From Actinomycetota bacterium (lineage in GTDB: Bacteria > Actinomycetota > UBA4738 > HRBIN12): a DNA stretch of 53,151 nucleotides. Below, in pieces: positions 51,510 to 53,151 of the stretch (its first letter is position 1; every line of letters begins with the position of its first letter). The notes beneath the pieces are model-generated. The model did no database searches, had not been told where the DNA came from, and worked only from the letters and a program-made list of their open reading frames with translations. The translations under genes and the position numbers were made by a program. The stretch is from the NCBI GenBank assembly GCA_005885325.1, contig VAYX01000015.1, positions 1 through 53,151 of the forward strand. Direction: 5' to 3'.

Positions 51510-53151
51510 ATGGAGTCGAGCCCTTCTGCGAGGCAACATAGAGGGCCGATGTCGATCGAAGCGGCCCGCCGCCGTTCGACCTGGCTCGTCCTTGGCGTCC
51601 TCGGCGCCGCCATGGCGGGCGTGGTGACCACGCACCTCGTGGGTGGCGCCTCCCTGGTCGACGTCGACGGCCTCCACGACGCGGTTCTCGCCGGGGCCTG
51701 TGTGCTGTCGGCCGGCGTCATCCTGTGGCGGGTGCGATCCGCCGGCCTGCTTCGAAGCCTCCCGTTCCTCGCGTTCGGGATCCTGGCGATGGCCCTCGTG
51801 GCGGTCCTGTTCATGATCAACGACTTCAGGAGCAGCATCGACTATTCACCGAGCCCCTACGACTCGCTCTTCCTGCTCATCGGGGCGATCTTCTTCATCC
51901 CCATCGAGATCGAGTATCGCCAGCACTTCCGTCAGGAGGTCCGGGGCGAGATCGCGGCCGACGTGGCCCTCGGCGCGGCCTCCATCGCCGTCATCCTGTA
52001 CCTCGCGCTCCGTCCCGATGTGGCGACGTCGATCGAGTCCGTATCGACCGCCGTGTTCGCGATGATGGTGGCCACGGCGCTCACGGCATACGGAGCCCTC
52101 GTCCTGTGGGTCCCGTCGGTCGCCCACATCGGGCAGTTCGGCATGATCGCCGCCTTCTCGGCGGGCGCGGTGGTCTTCGCCGAGCAATGGGTCCGGGGGA
52201 CGTACACCTCGGGACGTTCCGCGGTGGACCTCCCACTCGCGCTCGGAGCGCTGGGGCTGGCGTTCGTGGTGACCGCGGCACCCCGGCGGATGGGCGACGG
52301 AAAGGTCGCCCGGCCCTCCCGGTATGGCCGGGCCCTGCTGACCACGGTGGCCGTGGCCACGGCGTGCGCGGCGCTCGGACTGGTCGCGGCCATGGAGACG
52401 AACGCGGTCATCGGTCCGGTCCAGGCCTCAGGGCTGATCTACGTGCTCGGGGTGGCCGTCGCGCTCCGGATCCTGGTGAACCAGCTGCGGAGCACCCAGG
52501 CAACGCGCGATGCGCAGGACGCGCTCGAAGCCAAGGAGGCGGCCCTCCGCGAGACCGACAAGGCACTCGCGCGTCTCCAGCGGGCCAACGAGACCCTGCG
52601 CGACTCGGAGGAGCGCCTCCGCCTGGTGTTCGAGGCGGCCGTGGACGGGATCGTGGAGCTGGACCACAAGGACGTGATCGTTCGAGCCAACGAGGCCTTC
52701 TGCAGCATGCTGGAACTGCCCCAGAGCATGGTCGAGGGCCAGCCGTGGGCGGCCCTCGCCGCCGCGATCGAGGCCGACGAGTCCTTCATCACGCTTCCCA
52801 CGACCGGTCAGGGGACGCTGCTCCAGGAGGGGAACGCCAATTACCTCGAGGCCCGGACCTCGGAGATCCCGGGCGACCCCCCCAGGCGGCTGCTGCTCGT
52901 CCGCGACGTCACGGCCCAGCGCGTGGCGGACCAGACCATCCGCTCGCTGTTCAAGTTCCTCCAGGACCGCGACGAGGACCGGACCCGGATCATGCGCCGG
53001 ACCAACGCGGCCATCGAGAGCGAACGCAACCGCATCGCTCGCGACCTCCACGACGGGCCGGTCCAGGGCGTCTCGGCCGCGTCGCTCTCGCTCGAGGCCG
53101 TGCTCCTGATGCTGAAGGCCGGCGATGACGAGGAGGGCATGGAGGTCCTGA
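51510..53151 (+). CDS. multi-TM sensor histidine kinase (about 8 TM, coiled coil, PAS, HisKA_3), 3' end outside the window
   Basis: Not in the ORF track because no stop is reached. I translated it manually: MSIEAARRRSTWLVLGVLGAAMAGVV.. then repeated hydrophobic helices, ..EERLRLVFEAAVDGIVELD (PAS), ..ERNRIARDLHDGPVQ (H-box). The track ORF 51725..53128 is a wrong-frame Arg/Gly/Pro artefact. Start is ATG 51510 or ATG 51549. Confidence 0.8.
   Translation, partial: MESSPSARQHRGPMSIEAARRRSTWLVLGVLGAAMAGVVTTHLVGGASLVDVDGLHDAVLAGACVLSAGVILWRVRSAGLLRSLPFLAFGILAMALVAVLFMINDFRSSIDYSPSPYDSLFLLIGAIFFIPIEIEYRQHFRQEVRGEIAADVALGAASIAVILYLALRPDVATSIESVSTAVFAMMVATALTAYGALVLWVPSVAHIGQFGMIAAFSAGAVVFAEQWVRGTYTSGRSAVDLPLALGALGLAFVVTAAPRRMGDGKVARPSRYGRALLTTVAVATACAALGLVAAMETNAVIGPVQASGLIYVLGVAVALRILVNQLRSTQATRDAQDALEAKEAALRETDKALARLQRANETLRDSEERLRLVFEAAVDGIVELDHKDVIVRANEAFCSMLELPQSMVEGQPWAALAAAIEADESFITLPTTGQGTLLQEGNANYLEARTSEIPGDPPRRLLLVRDVTAQRVADQTIRSLFKFLQDRDEDRTRIMRRTNAAIESERNRIARDLHDGPVQGVSAASLSLEAVLLMLKAGDDEEGMEVL

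Noticed and set aside
51725-53128. 467-aa ORF listed in the track at the right end.
   Set aside because: Wrong frame (Arg/Gly/Pro-rich). The real gene is the frame starting at 51510/51549. That frame encodes TM helices, a PAS domain and a HisKA_3 H-box, and has no stop before the window end.

Overview
Very GC-rich chromosomal core segment (third codon positions are almost always G/C; GC content not computed). Gene order suggests Actinomycetota: rpsF-ssb-rpsR-rplI-dnaB, dnaK-grpE-dnaJ-hspR, and a membrane Fe-S reductase of the Rv0338c type. The class cannot be determined by eye.

Contents, left to right:
- The tail of a possible transposase ORF, then tRNA-Phe.
- A conserved hypothetical gene divergent from a 2-oxoacid dehydrogenase E1alpha-E1beta-E2 operon. 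The operon is translationally coupled to a signal-peptide-less BtuF-like binding protein.
- Small hotdog and receiver genes.
- A roughly 11-kb minus-strand purine block: purA-purD-purE(divergent)-purB-purC-purS-purQ-purL-purF-purM. Most junctions are 4-nt ATGA/GTGA overlaps. Dodecin, aldolase-like and MBL genes precede it.
- An MFS transporter.
- A roughly 10.8-kb co-directional minus-strand run: dnaK-grpE-dnaJ-hspR-GNAT-clpB, followed by a compact membrane-protein cluster (paralog A, PspC, LiaF-like, 63-aa two-TM peptide, paralog B, LemA).
- A fused heme-b-like/HdrD-like Fe-S membrane reductase.
- A NarL-type two-component pair plus a 1027-aa acidic-tail HEAT-repeat protein.
- dcd, trpD, tRNA-Gly, nth, dnaB, the ribosomal protein/ssb cluster and panB.
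- Two GT-C-type membrane glycosyltransferases bracketed by two further NarL-type two-component pairs. The last kinase runs off the right edge and is absent from the ORF track.

No CRISPR array, rRNA or intact mobile element was seen.

Best candidates for undescribed biology:
- The regulator-less PspC/LiaF/LemA/paralog envelope cluster attached to the HspR-clpB unit.
- The PurE homolog lacking the catalytic His.
- The soluble-kinase TCS plus giant HEAT protein.
- The structured 270-nt leader in front of the glycosyltransferase pair.

All functional calls rest on motif recognition by eye. No searches were run.
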